The translations under genes and the position numbers were made by a program. From positions 18,414,001 to 18,478,000 of the forward strand of contig NC_043021.1 in NCBI RefSeq assembly GCF_006345805.1: DNA of 64,000 nt, given 5' to 3'. The DNA comes from Octopus sinensis. Its lineage: Eukaryota. The number at the start of each line of letters is the position of its first letter. Position 1 is the first letter of the stretch. Shown in pieces: positions 26,783 to 38,460 of the stretch. The notes under the pieces are model-generated. The model was not told the DNA's origin and did not search any database. It saw only the letters and a list, made by a program, of their open reading frames with translations.

Positions 26783-27151
26783 TCTCCATATATATAAACG
26801 GCAAAATGTGTGTGTGTGTGTGTGTCCTTTATAGAAATCCACAATTTTTCAGTTAGAGGGCTCGCACTTTCTATGGTCATTCAAAACCGTCCAGGGGTGG
26901 TCGTGCATATCTTTACATTTCCTCAGTCACCCCACAAAGCCATTAAAAAAATCAATAGAAGTGACTTTTTTGTGAATTTTCTATCCAAAACCCAATAAAA
27001 ATGCCCGAAACTTGATACGCCAATTGAATGCCAGCTAGCTGTATGTGATTGGTCGGAGATTTGGACAGTACACACGTGTATGTGCGCATGCACACAGCTG
27101 TATATGCATGCACTAGTACTATGACCCAGCGTTGCCGGGTCATAGTGCTAA
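26783..27151 (+). mobile_element. Non-autonomous Helitron-like element
   Basis: A|TC 5' end, subterminal hairpin tagtactatgaccc...gggtcatagtgcta, CTAA|T 3' end, no TSD. Confidence 0.75.
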
Positions 27152-27159
27152 TTATTATA

Positions 27160-27395
27160 TAAAGACTCACAGCTTATTTTGCTGGGTATAATGGAAAGTG
27201 TCAGCTGTCCACAGCCAGCAGACTAAGATTATTGGTCATGCTTCAAGAACCCTGCCAAGAATTCTTGCAGTTCCAAGCAACACTGATTTTTGTAGGTGTT
27301 CTACCTTCACACTAGCACCAATGTTTTTCAGCCATGTTGCTAGTTGAGTGCTGACACTTCCAAGTGCACCAATTACTATTGGTGTCACGTCTACC
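27160..27395 (-). mobile_element. R4/Dong-like (RLE) non-LTR retrotransposon 3' fragment 1
   Basis: Minus strand VDVTPIVIGALGSVSTQLATWLKNIGASVKVEHLQKSVLLGTARILGRVLEA*, the typical RLE C-terminal PIVIGALG...LQKxxLLGTAxIL pattern. Confidence 0.8.
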
Positions 27396-27429
27396 CTCCT
27401 CATTACTATTATTATTATTATTGTTATTT

Positions 27430-27716
27430 ACCTTTTTATCACAGGTTTTGTTGGCGCTCCTTGAGTCTTGCATGCGTAGCGGGCTTACTACCTGCAGCCT
27501 ACAGTACCATGCTATTCATTCCTTTCAGCTATCTAATATTTTCCTGATTATTCTGGCCGTGCCAAGGACGCAAATGTTTTGCAACAGTTCTACTGGGCAC
27601 TCTATTCCAATTTCCTTAATATTCCTCTTGATGCCTTCTGATACTTTTCCCAAGGATCCAACAATAATTGGCGCTATCTTCACCTTCTTCATTTTCCATA
27701 GCCAGACTATTTCATT
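27430..27716 (-). mobile_element. R4/Dong-like non-LTR retrotransposon 3' fragment 2
   Basis: Minus strand EIVWLWKMKKVKIAPIIVGSLGKVSEGIKRNIKEIGIECPVELLQNICVLGTARIIRKILDS*, followed by a (TAA)n tract. Confidence 0.8.
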
Positions 27717-27875
27717 CTGAGTTCAAATTTTGCTGAGGTCGACTTTGCCTTTCATCCTTTCGGCGGTCAATAGAATAAGTACCAGTTGAACACTGGGGTC
27801 AATATGATTGACATAAACCCTTTCTCAAAAACTGCTGGCCTTGTGTCAAAATTTGAAATCATTATTATTATTATT

Positions 27876-28402
27876 GAGAGAGAGAGAGAGAGCAGCGCAT
27901 GCCATCAAAGTGACATTGGGGTAAAATATACGAAGCCCAGTATACCCGTCTGATAAGGGTACACCAGGTACATGTATCATAACCATATGTGCGTGACATA
28001 GTGATCTCATATCAAGATAAACTCGCATGACCTTGCAGGTGGGACCCAGTTAGAATTTTCTTCAGGTCGAGCAGCCCATTCCGCTCAAAAGGTTCCTGAA
28101 TAAGGGTTGTTTAAAGATGTTGAACAAAACACCCATGTTTCCAAAGGTGAATTATCCAAACCCCAAAGAATCCCTCTCAACACATGGCTATGATGCTCCC
28201 CCACTACTTCTGCTCGTGATCAGAGATTCACATATTGTCGGTCACTAAGGGACATGCTCAACTGGTAATGGTCAAACAACTGACAAGCAAGTCTGTGGTA
28301 TTGAACAGAATATTTGCTGTGGCCCATCTTTTATACCAAGACAAAACAATCAGTTAAGATCAGAAGCCATGAGAGCCACTGCCGGGTACTGCATCAGGGT
28401 AT
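27876..28402. mobile_element. About 530-bp interspersed element flanked by (ATT)n on both sides
   Basis: Second copy with the same ends at 61555-62112. Confidence 0.85.
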
Positions 28403-28642
28403 TTATTATTATTATTATTATTATTATTAATTAATAAATAAATTAATTAAGTGGAGACCACATTGAGTTACGTCCCTTTAAATTATGACTGCAAATCCTG
28501 CCAAGGTTGATTTTGTTTTTCATCTTTCTGAAATTAATAAAGCAAAATCCTAATAAACTACTGGAGTTAATTAATGACACATTCTCTCTCCCTCAAAATA
28601 TATGACTTATCTGTCTGTCTGTCTCTCTATCTTATGTAATAA

Positions 28643-29042
28643 CTAGCAGTATCGCCTGGCGTTGCTCGGGTTTGTAAGGGAAATAACTATATAAGCATTT
28701 TTAGAGATGTAAAGTATAATAGCCATCTCAATATGGCTAGCCACAAAGGGGGGGGGGTGTTACTGTAGCTTTTTACGTTCTGGGATTTAATAATAAATTT
28801 TTAGAGAGTTACTTCCCTTATATATGCCAAAAATGCATTAAAAATGGGAAAAATTGATGGTAAATTTTTTTTTTAAATCGTAGACTCATCGTAGACGCGC
28901 GCTAATACCCAGAAGGGCTCGATATGAATCACGACTATAAGATACCCGGTTTTGGTTAAACTGCACCGCAAAATGTGGAAGTAGTTAGGAATCTAAATCG
29001 TAGGAGACAGACAGCGCACAACCTTACTTTTATATATAAAGA
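28643..29042 (-). mobile_element. Non-autonomous Helitron-like element
   Basis: Minus strand A|TCTTTATATATAAAAG start, cccgagcaacgccagg subterminal motif, CTAG|T end. Confidence 0.75.
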
Positions 29043-29241
29043 TATCTGTCACTCTATAGATCTGATTGTCTTTGTATCTATATATCTGTCTATCTCTCTT
29101 TCACTCGATATCCGTATCTGTCTCTCTGTATATCTGTCTTCTGCTTGATCTTATATAATCTCTCTCTCTCTCCACCTCTGTCTATCCATCCATCCATCTA
29201 TTTATCTATCCATCTATCTATCTGTTTCTCTTCCCAACCAG

Positions 29242-29358
29242 TTCAAAGATGTCCGTCTCTCAGGAATGCTGGAACTTGCTTTCTGTCGCCAGAACATTTT
29301 CACATCAATTAATGGCATCGAATCGGAGAAGACCAAAACTGGGTTCGGTGGCTGGTGG
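29242..29358 (+). CDS. INPP5K: 5-phosphatase exon 4: FKDVRLSGMLELAFCRQNIFTSINGIESEKTKTGFGGWW
   Basis: cag/gtaag boundaries, 117 nt, phase 0-0; the TGFGGWW-GNKGG motif spans the next junction. Confidence 0.95.
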
Positions 29359-29691
29359 GTAAGTGGACCTTTCATATTTCCATGGGGTGGGGTAGGTGCT
29401 TGTGTGAAGTCTTTCAAAGACCGAGCATCATAAACACTTCCGGTCACTTTCGCCTTTGGCCATACAAAGAATCAATGATTGGTCAGTTAGTCAACCCTTT
29501 GTCCACAAGTTGGCCATTGTTCACAAACACTTGAAATAAGTAAATAAATATATATACACATATGTACACACACTCGTATAAATACATATAAATAGACATA
29601 CGCATCATCATTTACGACATAGTTATCTACACACACACACACTCATGTATATATATAAATATATATATACATATAAAAAATTTATATGCAT

Positions 29692-30080
29692 AGGCGGAGG
29701 AGTGGCTGTGTGGTAAGTAGCTTGCTTACCAACCACATGGTTCAGGGTTCAGTCCCACTGCATGGCACCTCGGGCAAGTGTCTTCTTCTATAGCCTCAGG
29801 CTAACCAAAGCTTTGTGAGTGGATTTGGCAGATGGAAACTGAAAGAAGCCTGTCGTATACGTGTGTGTGTGTTTGTATGTCTGTGTTTGTCCCCCACCAA
29901 CATCGCTTGATATGCGATGCGGGTGTGTTTACATCCCCGTAACTTAGCGGTTCGGCAAAAAGAGAACTGATAGAATAAGTACTAGGCTTACAAAGAATAA
30001 GTCCTGGAGTCGATTTGCTCGACTAAAAGTGGTGCTCCAGCATGGCCACAATCAAATGAATGAAACAAGTAAAAGAATAA
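29692..30080 (+). mobile_element. SINE family A
   Basis: Full head-to-tail match. Confidence 0.9.
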
Positions 30081-30309
30081 AGAAAAGAAAGAAAGTAAAA
30101 TATATATACATACATACACACACACAAACACGTTTATATATATATACATATGCACACACAAACATACGTTTATATACATTACATACACACACACACATAT
30201 GTATATATTATTATGTAATGTTAATGTACACACACTCTTATAAATACATATAAATAGACATACACATCATCATTTACGATATAGTTATCTACACACACAC
30301 ACTCATGTA

Positions 30310-30876
30310 CACTACCGTCAGAAATTAATTAGCACCCTTGATTTGCTCACCATGAAGCATGGTGGGGGTGGTCTGATGGTGTGAGGGGCGTTCAGCTACA
30401 GTGGTGTTGGGCGGCTCTATGCCGTCGAAGGCAACATCAACGCAGCAAAGTACGTTGAGATAGTACGGGATACCTCTTTGGTGGCGAGGAGTACGTGCTG
30501 GCCAGTCACCTGACCTGAACCCTATTGAGAACCTCTGGAGTCGATTGGGTAGGGATTTGAATGTGCAGCAATACAGGAACCGACACAAGCTGTTTGAGGC
30601 ACTTCTTGCTGCATGAGGGGCCATCCCTGCACAGTACCTGCAGGCACTCATAGACAGCATGCCGACCCGCGTAGCAGCTGTCATTGCTGCTAAAGGAGGA
30701 GCAACAAGATATTGACTAAATTTCACGATTAATAACAATTATGTGGTGTGCTGGGATATGTTTTAATAAATTTTTGATTAAAAACGAGTTCGTTTCTGAT
30801 AATAAGTTAATTAAATTAAGAAAATGTAAGAAAATGTAGAAATTTGAGAAGTGCTAATTAATTTCCGACGCAAGTG
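30310..30876 (+). mobile_element. Internally deleted Tc1-like transposon
   Basis: 26-bp TIRs cactaccgtcagaaattaattagcac / gtgctaattaatttccgacgcaagtg; TA TSD; remnants KHGGGGLMV*G and QSPDLNPIENLW...SMPTRVAAVIAAKGGATRY*. Confidence 0.95.
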
Positions 30877-31216
30877 TATATATATAAATATATATATACA
30901 TATAAAAAATTTATATGTATAAGCGCAGGAGTGGCTGTGTGGTAAGTAGCTTGCTTACCAACCACATGGTTCCGGGTTCAGTCCTACTGCATGGCACCTA
31001 GGGCAAGTGTCTTCTACTATAGCCTCAGGCTGCTAAAATATAAAGACCTGAATAGCAAAAAAAACCTATGCAAGAAAAAGGACTCAATACTTTTGTACCA
31101 GAGTCATTTCAGTCACTGATCAAATAAGCTGCAATCGATAAAACTTTGAGGTCCCAGTCAACCCACACACATTGTTATTGTTATTATTGTTATTGTTGTG
31201 GTTCTTCTTCTTTCAG

Positions 31217-31324
31217 GGCAATAAAGGTGGTGTCTGCATCAGGTTTGATGTCAATGGTATCAACATGTGTATCGTGAATTCCCACTTAGCAGCCCACAGG
31301 GACCAGACTCCGGAACGAATCATG
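31217..31324 (+). CDS. INPP5K: 5-phosphatase exon 5: GNKGGVCIRFDVNGINMCIVNSHLAAHRDQTPERIM
   Basis: tttcag acceptor, gtaat donor; GNKGG and NSHLAAH motifs. Confidence 0.96.
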
Positions 31325-31929
31325 GTAATTTGCAGTTGTTCTCCTTTACACACTGTGGCGGCAGTGGTGGTGGTGGTAGCAGCAACAGTGGCAGGGATGG
31401 GGATACTAGTTTGTGGTGTTGGTGGGTGTGATGGAGGTGCTGGGTGAAGTGATGATGGTGGTGGTGGTGGTGGTGGTAGTAGTAGTGGTATTGTGACGGT
31501 GGTGGTGGTGGTGGTAGTGGTGGTGGTGGTGGTGGTGGTGGTGGTGGTGGTAGTAGTAGCAGTAGTAGCTGTGACTGTTACGGTGACAGTGGTGGTGGTA
31601 GCTGTAAGGGTTTATTCGTGAGAAAGAAGCTGTGACTATGACCCCGAAAGGATAGGAGCAGTGGCCATGACCTTCAGAGGTCATAACTGTTTGAAGACAT
31701 CGGGTCATATACAAATGTGATGAGTGACCCTGGAGGGGTGGTGGGGTGGAATGGTATACTAGCTTGTTCAAAGGAACAGAAGCTGTAATAGTAGCAGGAG
31801 AAGAGGTAAAGAGAGGACACAGCACGTCAATGAGTGACTGTTGTTGTGTGTGAAGTGAGTGAATCATTGAGGGTCAGTGCGATGACACCATTTAGATGTG
31901 TCATTAGCAGTAGTATTGCCCCATAACTG

Positions 31930-33220
31930 ACTCTCCGTCACTTATGATGATGAGGGTCCTGGTTGACCCGATCAACCAAACAGCCTGCTCATGAAGTCAG
32001 CATGCAAATGGCTGAGAATTCCACAGACATGCGTAACCCTTAACCCTTTCGTTACCAACCTGGCTGAAACTGTCTTTTGGCTCTGTAGTACAAAGTCTTG
32101 TTTTCATAAGTTTTGAATTAAAATCTTCCACCAAACCTTATCACAATTTATGTTCCTAACACTAGTTGAATGATAACTAAGTTATTTTGCTAAATTCTTT
32201 GTTATATTTAAAGTAATTGAAAGAAACCCAGAGCATCTCAACAGAAATATGGTAACAAAAGGGTTAAAATATATAATAGAGAAACAATTCTTAACCCTTT
32301 CGATACCAACCCAGCTGAAACTGGCTCTGGCTCTGAGTACAAATGTCTTGTTTTCATAAGCTTTGAATTAAAATCTTCCACCAAACCTTGTCACAATTAA
32401 TATTCCTAACACTAGGTTAATGATAATTAAGTTATTTTACTAAATTCTTTGTTATATTTTAAAGTAATTGAAAGAAACAGAGAGCATCTCAACAGAAATA
32501 TGGTAACAAAAGGGTTAACAAATGATTAATTTAACCCTTTTGTTACCAACCCAGCTGAAACCGACCCTGGCTCTCTAGTACAAATGTCTTGTTTTCATAA
32601 GTTTTGAATTAAAATCTTCCACCAAAACCTTAGTCACAATTTATGTTCCTAACACTAGCTGAATGATACCAAAGTTATTTTACTAAATTCTTTGTTATAT
32701 TTAAAGTAATTGAAAGAAACCCAGAGCATCTCAACAGAAATATGGTAACAAAAGGGTTAAAATATATAATAGAGAAACAATTCTTAACCCTTTCAATACC
32801 AACCCGGCTGAAACTGGCTCTGGCTCTGAGTACAAATGTCTTGTTTTCATAAGTTTTTAATTAAAATCTTCCACCAAACCTTAGTCACAATTTATGTTCC
32901 TAACACTAGCTGAATGATAACTAAGTTATTCTACTAAATTCTTTGTTATATTTAAAGTAATTGAAAGAAACACAGAACATCTCAAAAGAAATACAGTAAT
33001 GAAAGGGTTAAAGTAATTCTCAAGGAGATTCAGCAGGACACAATGTAACAAGGTTAGCCCCTTTAAAATACAGGTACAATTCATTTTTGCCAGCAGAGTA
33101 GACTGGAGCAACATGAAATAAAATGTCTTGCTCAAGGACACAAAGCACTGCTGGGAATTGAACTCACGACCTTACAATTGTGAGCTGAATGCCCCTAACC
33201 ACTAAGCCACACACCTTCAC
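31930..33220 (-). mobile_element. SINE family C split by a MITE array at its TTAA site
   Basis: Sequences before 32040 and after 33011 join to match the uninterrupted copy at 36040-36220. Confidence 0.8.
32040..33011. mobile_element. Array of four piggyBac-like TTAA MITEs (family P1, about 220 bp)
   Basis: Copies 32044-32263, 32295-32514, 32535-32756 and 32788-33007; ends approximate CCCTTTCGTTAC / GTAACAAAAGGG; each copy bounded by TTAA. Confidence 0.92.
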
Positions 33221-33231
33221 TTACTGTTCCA

Positions 33232-33458
33232 CGGCGAGCTGGCAGAAACGTTAGCACGCCGGGCGAAATGCGTAGCTGTATTTCGTCTGCCGTTACGTTC
33301 TGAGTTCAAATTCTGCCGAGGTCGAGTTTGCCTTTCATCCTTTCGGGGTCGATAAATTAAGTACCAGTTGCGCACTGGTGTCGATGTAATCGACTTAATC
33401 CGTTTGTCTGTCCTTGTTTGTCCCCTCTGTGTTTAGCCCCTTGTGGGTAGTAAAAAAT
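33232..33458 (+). mobile_element. SINE family B, full length
   Basis: Head-to-tail match to 12322-12552. Confidence 0.9.
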
Positions 33459-33598
33459 AGATATAGATATAACACCACCATTGTCTCCTAAATGGGAGTC
33501 ATACCGTAATGTGTGTAAGTGTATATACAGGTGGGCGTAGTTGACCCCTGTATGGTTCCCTTATGTTGTTTCCATTAACCAATCTGTTGTATTTACAG

Positions 33599-33666
33599 GA
33601 TTTAAACAGTATCCTGGAAGATCAGAAATTTAGAGATGATGATGTCAATAATATATTGGACCATGA
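33599..33666 (+). CDS. INPP5K: 5-phosphatase exon 6: DLNSILEDQKFRDDDVNNILDH(D)
   Basis: tttacag acceptor, GA|gtgag donor; ILDHD precedes catalytic motif 1; phases 0/2 fit both neighbours. Confidence 0.92.
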
Positions 33667-33704
33667 GTGAGTTCTTTTACTCCAACACCCTCTTTTATTT
33701 ATTT

Positions 33705-34120
33705 TCATCTCTCTGTCCGCCAGCCTCTCTCTCTCTCGTCTCTCCATCTCTCTCTCTCTCTCGTCTTTCCATCTCTCTCTCTCATCTCTCCATCTCTCTC
33801 TCTCGTCTCTCCATCTCTCTCTCTCTGTCTGTCATCCTCTCTCTTTTGTCTCCAGCTCTCTCTCTCTCTCAATCTCTCTCTCGTCTCTCCATCTCTCTCT
33901 CTTTCAATCTCTCTCGTCTCTCCATCTTTCTCTCTCAATCTCTCTCATCTCTCCATTTCTCTCTCTCTGTCTGTCATCTTCTCTCTCTCGTCTCTCCATC
34001 TCTCTCTCGTCTCTCCATCTCTCTCTCTCTCATCTCTCCATCTCTCTCTCTCTCGTCTCTCCATCTCTCTCTCTCTCTCGTCTCTCCATCTCTCTCTTGT
34101 CTCTCCACCTCTCTCTCTCC
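33705..34120. repeat. CT-rich compound repeat (tctctcgtctctcca units)
   Basis: Direct inspection. Confidence 0.9.
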
Positions 34121-34282
34121 CTGTGTATTGCTTCTCTCTTTTTTTTACACTCATTATTTTATATCATTATCTTTTATATTTTGTTGTTTGGCAGACTGAG
34201 TTACAGAAATCTACAATCTATGATTTACAGTGTGTGTGTGTGTATCTGTGTACATTAGTGTCTGTCTGTGTAAGAGTGATTC

Positions 34283-34319
<37 letters not shown>

Positions 34320-34439
34320 AGTGAGAGAGAGAGAGAATAACACTCGTACACATATGATGGTTCATATTGTATGTATAAAACACACACACACACACATTGA
34401 GAAAAATTGACATTTGACACTTTTGGCTTATGTCATTCA

Positions 34440-34720
34440 CATTTATACACACCTGCATTTATACACACATACTTTTATACACACATACCTTTATACACAC
34501 CTGCATTTATACACACATACTTTTATACACACCTGCATTTATACACACATACTTTTATACACACATACCTTTATACACACCTGCATTTATACACACATAC
34601 TTTTATACACACCTGCATTTATACACACATACTTTTATACACACATACCTTTATACACACCTGCATTTATACACACATACTTTTATACACACCTGCATTT
34701 ATACACACATACTTTTATAT
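34440..34720. repeat. Minisatellite of tttatacacac-based units
   Basis: Direct inspection. Confidence 0.9.
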
Positions 34721-35133
34721 ACTCAGCTGTAAGGTTGTAAGGAAAAAGACCATGCTTCCTTCAACACCCTTTTCACAACCATTCATCCTTTAAATCTTGT
34801 CAAAGTCTTGTGGATTATCATTGTCCCAGACACCACAGTCACCTGTATGGATTTTAGATTCTTCCCCCATGAATCCAACTTCAGTAATCCTTTAATCCAG
34901 GCAGGTTGGAACACCTGTTTGTAATATTTATCCTGTCATTCCCATAAAAATGTTTCTAAATCTAAAAAGTGTATTTTGGCGGCTGGATTATCAGGATCTT
35001 TATCCATATCCATCGATATCCACGTTCTCTTGTGTTTTCCTGATTACATTAATGCCGAGTGTGTATGTAGAGCAGTGCCACAGAAACCAGCATTTGTTCC
35101 ATTAATCTTCACGACTTTGTCTTTTCTCCTCAG

Positions 35134-35245
35134 TTATGTATTGTGGCTGGGCGACCTCAACTTCCGGCTGGATGACCTGCCCCGTGAAGAAGTGTTGACA
35201 CGAATCAAAGAGAAAGATTACAGCTATTTATTACATTATGACCAA
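35134..35245 (+). CDS. INPP5K: 5-phosphatase exon 7: (D)YVLWLGDLNFRLDDLPREEVLTRIKEKDYSYLLHYDQ
   Basis: ctcag acceptor, gtaag donor; catalytic motif WLGDLNFR. Confidence 0.97.
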
Positions 35246-35447
35246 GTAAGTGTTGTGACCACATTCTGTTTATTTACACACAGACACACACACGTACAGG
35301 TGGTGAGCTGGCAGAGTGATTAATGTGTGGGGCAGTATTTGTTCCAATTTTTAAGCCCTGTGATGAAAAGGATGACCCCAAAAGGATGAAAAGCAAAGTC
35401 GACCTCTGCAGAATTTGAACCCAGAATGTAAAGACAGATGAAATACC

Positions 35448-35678
35448 TATTTCTTTATTACCCACAAGGGGCTAAACACAGAGGGGAGAAACAAGGACAG
35501 ACATAGGTATTAAGTCGATTACATCGACCCCAGTGCGTAACTGGTACTTAATTTATCGACCCCGAAAAGATGAAAGGCAAAGTCGACCTCGACGGAATTT
35601 GAACTCAGAACGTAACGGCGGACGAAATACGGCTACGCATTTCGCCGACGTGCTTACGTTTCTGTCAGCTCACCGCCT
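35448..35678 (-). mobile_element. SINE family B flanked by about 195-215-bp direct repeats
   Basis: tgtgaccacattctgtttattt...gatgaaatacc present at 35254-35447 and 35679-35897. Confidence 0.85.
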
Positions 35679-35706
35679 TGTGACCACATTCTGTTTATTT
35701 ATACTC

Positions 35707-35751
<45 letters not shown>

Positions 35752-36039
35752 GTGAGCTGGCGGAGTGATTAATGTGTGGGGCAGTATTTGTTCCAATTTT
35801 TAAGCCCTGGGATGAAAAGGATGATCCCAAAAGGATGAAAAGCAAAGTCGACCTCTGCAGAATTTGAACCCAGAATGTAAAGACAGATGAAATACCACTG
35901 AGCATTTCGCTCAGTGTGCTACCAACTCTGCCAGCTTGCTGCCTTCTATTTCTATTCACTGTACCTATTGCTCAACTGCATTTGTGACATATGAAGCTTG
36001 CATTTTTCTGGTAATCTGCTTGGAATTCCATTGTGGAAG

Positions 36040-36415
36040 CACTCCGTCGGTTACGACAATGAGGGTTCCGGTTGATCCGAATCAACGGAACAGCCTGCTC
36101 GTGAAATTAACGTGTAAGTGGCTGAGCACTCCACAGACACGTGTACCCTTAACGTAGTCCTCGGGGATATTCAGCGTGACACAGAGAGTGACAAGGCCGG
36201 CCCTTTGAAATACAGGTACAACAGAAACAGGAAGTAAGAGTGAGAGAAAGTTGTGGTGAAAGAGTACAGCAGGGATCACCACCATCCCTGCCGGAGCCTC
36301 GTGGAGCTTTTAGGTGTTTTCGCTCAATAAACACTCACAACGCCTGGTCTGGGAATTGAAACCGCGATCCTATGACCGCGAGTCCACTGCCCTAACCACT
36401 GGGCCATTGCGCCTC
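36040..36415 (-). mobile_element. SINE family C variant
   Basis: tRNA-like head on the minus strand (ggcccagtggttagggcagtggactcgcgg...gtttcaattcc); tail shared with 9820-10140. Confidence 0.75.
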
Positions 36416-36429
36416 CGCTGTGGAATTCC

Positions 36430-37900
36430 ATTACACCTCTTGTGTTTCCAGTCTTATATTAGGCACAGTGTATGGAGTTTGTACCTGCTTCTTTTCTGCA
36501 TATTCTGCAAGGTCATCTCTCTGAAGGTTCCAGGGCCCTGTCTTCTTACCTATTCACTAAAACCTTCACTTTTGCTGAGTTTCTAGGTTTTATTTTCCTT
36601 CATTCCAGGTTTTGCTTTTACATCTGGAATCCCTTCTCTAATTCCCATATAGATTCAGTTATGAGAACTAGATCATCGACATATAAGACTCCCCATGTAC
36701 AGCCAGTCTTATGCTCCTCTGTGATGCCCTATAGAACTATGATGAATTGGAAGGGGCTGAGGACTAAGGCTTGATGTACTCCACCCCTCACACACAGTTC
36801 CTCACTCAAGCCATTGTTGAGTCTCACTTTACTTGCTGTGTCTTTGCTCATTGGCTTGTACAGCTCTCACTGGCCATTCATCAATGTCGAGTCTTCCTAC
36901 TGACCACTAGACTACTGGATGTGGTACTCTGTCAAACACCTCTCCAAGTCGACGAAAGTTAGCAGTAATGGTTTACTCTGAACCAAGTATTTCTCTTGCA
37001 GTTGTCTCACTAAGAAGATTGCATCTGTGGTACTTCTGATGAGTATGAAACCAAACTGCATCTCCTCTCCTTCTATCTTGTCCTGAATCAGTTATGCTGT
37101 GATTCTCTCTTTTACTTTCATAACCTGATCCTTTGCTTTCTTTATAGTTGCTCCTCTCTAACACATCTCCTTTGCCTTTGTAGCAGTTTGCAAGGACTCC
37201 TTTAATGTTAGTCATTGAGTACAACTCCCTTTGTATATCTTAATCAAATAATCTGGGTGGTAATCCTGTACCCTACCTCACCAAATATTTTGAGCATCTC
37301 CACAACAACCCCTGATGGACCCTGCTGCTTTCCCTTTCTTCATGTCCTTAATTGCTTTATCTCTCATACTGATGTCAACTTGAATTACTGGTCCCGATGT
37401 TGGGTCAGCATAAGGCACCCCCATTTTATCCCATCCATTCCCCACATTCAACAGCTTCTCTTATTAGCACCTCCATACCACTTTCTTGTCTTCTATATCA
37501 ATAAGGAGTTTGCTTTCATCATTTGGAACACACTTCTCGCCAGTGACATTCTGGTTCTCCTTCTCTCCCGCACATTGTCTCATAATCCTGAACACCTCAT
37601 GTCTCGGATCTCCTGGTTGAAAGACATGTACAAGTCTCTTTCTCTCTGCCTCACCCTCAGCCAAGTATACCCGTTGCCTAGCTGTTCTTCTAGCCCTTTG
37701 ACAAATGGTCTCTGCTGCCGCCTTCCTTTCAGATTTTCCACACTTGTCTCTTAGCCCTTACTGCCCTGTCAACCATATTGTTCCACCATCATCTTCCTTT
37801 CTTCTTGATTGGGACTTTCCTCCAGTCACATGACTGGTCTGTATCCCTAAGCAGGTTATTTCATAGAAATCCCCAGATTTCATCTGTGCTACGCATTTCT
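36430..37900 (-). mobile_element. Degenerate RTE-like LINE reverse transcriptase fragment
   Basis: Minus strand GVHQALVLSPFQFIIVL (QG motif region) and YVDDLVLI (YxDD); frame disrupted. Confidence 0.75.
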
Positions 37901-38145
37901 AAATCTCCTTCCCTACAGTCATATGGTTATATGCATTCGTTGGAATTTCTCTAAATCTCTTCCCAATTGCACAGGATCTTTTAGTTTGCATACATATTGT
38001 CAGCATCATCATTTAAAGTCTGCTTTCCATGCTAGCATGGGTGTATATATTATATATATATATATAATAAATATTAGGGAATAAATCCAAATTTACAGGG
38101 AAAAAAATCAGATTTAGGATTAAATCCAATTTTATAGTAAAATAT

Positions 38146-38305
38146 TATATAATATTAATTAGAGACAAAACCACTATTTTGCAAAACAAACAAGGAAAGA
38201 CTTAATCAATACATAAAATTTTAATAAATTTTACTTTTTATTAAAATTTTATGTATTGATTAAGTCTTTCCTTGTTTGTTTTGCAAAATATGGTTTTGTC
38301 TCTAA

Positions 38306-38318
<13 letters not shown>
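38146..38318. repeat. Near-perfect inverted repeat, about 82-bp arms, 8-nt loop
   Basis: 38146-38228 pairs with 38237-38318 with one 1-nt indel. Confidence 0.95.
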
Positions 38319-38357
<39 letters not shown>

Positions 38358-38460
38358 TTTAATAATGAGAGGATAAATTGAATATTAATTTAATTAATAT
38401 CAATTTAAAACCAGTAGCCTAGCATACAAAAATCTGAAAAATCAGAGAAAATTCTAATAC

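Noticed and set aside
29692-29765. tRNA-like sequences at SINE heads
   Set aside because: A and B boxes are present but continue into SINE bodies in many diverged copies; not called as tRNA genes
32040-33011. CRISPR-like repeat-spacer appearance
   Set aside because: Repeats are 220-bp TIR elements with TTAA ends, there are no cas genes, and the context is eukaryotic
33636-34410. S/L-rich ORFs of 187 and 247 aa
   Set aside because: CT-repeat translations within intron 6
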